Assembly (NCBI GenBank): GCA_001938485.1
Contig: MQRK01238444.1
Location: forward strand, 1-52,886
Source of the DNA: Girardia tigrina
Taxonomy: Eukaryota
DNA length: 52,886 nt
Reading direction: 5' to 3'
The position numbers were made by a program, and so were the translations under genes. Numbering within the stretch: the stretch's first letter is position 1; every line of letters starts with the position of its first letter. Under the pieces are notes generated by a model. That model saw only the letters and a program-made list of their open reading frames with translations. It was not told the origin of the DNA and searched no databases. Below are positions 52,214-52,886 of this stretch, piece after piece.

Positions 52214-52529
52214 TGTGAGGGAAAATTTAGAATGTTGTAAGTTTGTTGTTTGTATGCTGTTTAGATGTGTGACTCTCCTACTCAGATGGGATTGATATGT
52301 TTATTGATTGATTGTTTGAATCTGATGAAATTAATTTAAAGAGATTAATTTTTAGATATTAATTAATTAAAGTATTATAATTATAAATTTTAATTATATT
52401 TTTAGTAACGATTTTAACTTATTAAATTTAATATATTTTAAAAATTAATGTTTATTTTCAAAATTACTTAATGGCTTTTTATCCAATAAAATTCTGAGAA
52501 ATTAAAAGTTAATATTAAAATTTTCCAAT
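52214..52529 (+). repeat. Family A copy
   Basis: Reverse complement of ~29878-30169; contains ctctcctactcagatggg. Confidence 0.85.
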
Positions 52530-52531
52530 TA

Positions 52532-52570
52532 CCGTATTTATCGGACTACAAACCGCGGCTTATATGAAAA
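52532..52570 (+). mobile_element. Terminal fragment of a Tc2/pogo-like DNA transposon
   Basis: TA|CCGTATTTATCGGACTA..CCGCGGCTTATA resembles TcMar-Tc2 termini and sits exactly where the family A copy stops. Confidence 0.45.
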
Positions 52571-52769
52571 AAAAGTATGATAATTGTAGAAATAATGGTT
52601 TCTCTCCCTTGATTTTAACTGAAAGAAAGCGAAACCACTATTTCTAACTTGTTTGAATCAAAAGATATTGTAATAATAGTATATGTAAGACTAGATTAAC
52701 CAATTCCAATATCTCTATCTAAGATTTGATTAATCTAGCCTGAATTATTATGATGTAAATGATAAAAAA

Positions 52770-52830
52770 TATATATTATAAAAGCCCAAGTCACTGCCTG
52801 CCTGCCTGCCTGCTTCACTAACACACTTAC
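52770..52830 (+). mobile_element. Possible Helitron-type 5' end with (GCCT)n tetranucleotide
   Basis: atatattataaaagcccaagtcactgcctgcctgcctgcctg resembles the TATATAAAAG..GTCACTGACTGACT starts of non-autonomous Helitrons; no 3' end seen. Confidence 0.3.
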
Positions 52831-52886
52831 GTAATAATTGTTGACGTAATAATAGTATTATTTGTTGAAAAATAAATGTGAAAAAA

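Overview
Very AT-rich eukaryotic (animal-like) genomic DNA from a draft assembly with three 50-N gaps and many (AT)n microsatellites. It is mostly decayed mobile DNA and may be large introns of a minus-strand host gene: one convincing exon at ~27830-28205, a 28-nt micro-exon at 3873-3900 and a weaker exon at 51910-52019. Recognisable DNA transposons are a near-intact IS630/Tc1-like transposase with DD39E spacing, five mariner relics (one full-length cecropia-type with TIRs and TA TSDs) and a rosa/Visitor-type relic with DD47D-like spacing. There are several Penelope-like retroelement (PLE) pieces (RT and GIY-YIG), three of which end in minimal type I hammerhead ribozyme motifs. Also present are an isolated 28S rRNA fragment and a dispersed repeat family sharing a sharp TGTGAG(G) terminus. 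The most unusual items are (i) a PLE whose RT thumb region is replaced in frame by a GC-richer triple C2H2 zinc-finger segment, with a 5' fold-back and a 3' hammerhead, and (ii) a ~310-bp GC-rich multi-hairpin/pseudoknot-forming sequence at 19495-19805. A planarian-like host is my guess from composition and TE spectrum only. All homology calls come from motif recognition by eye, not from searches.
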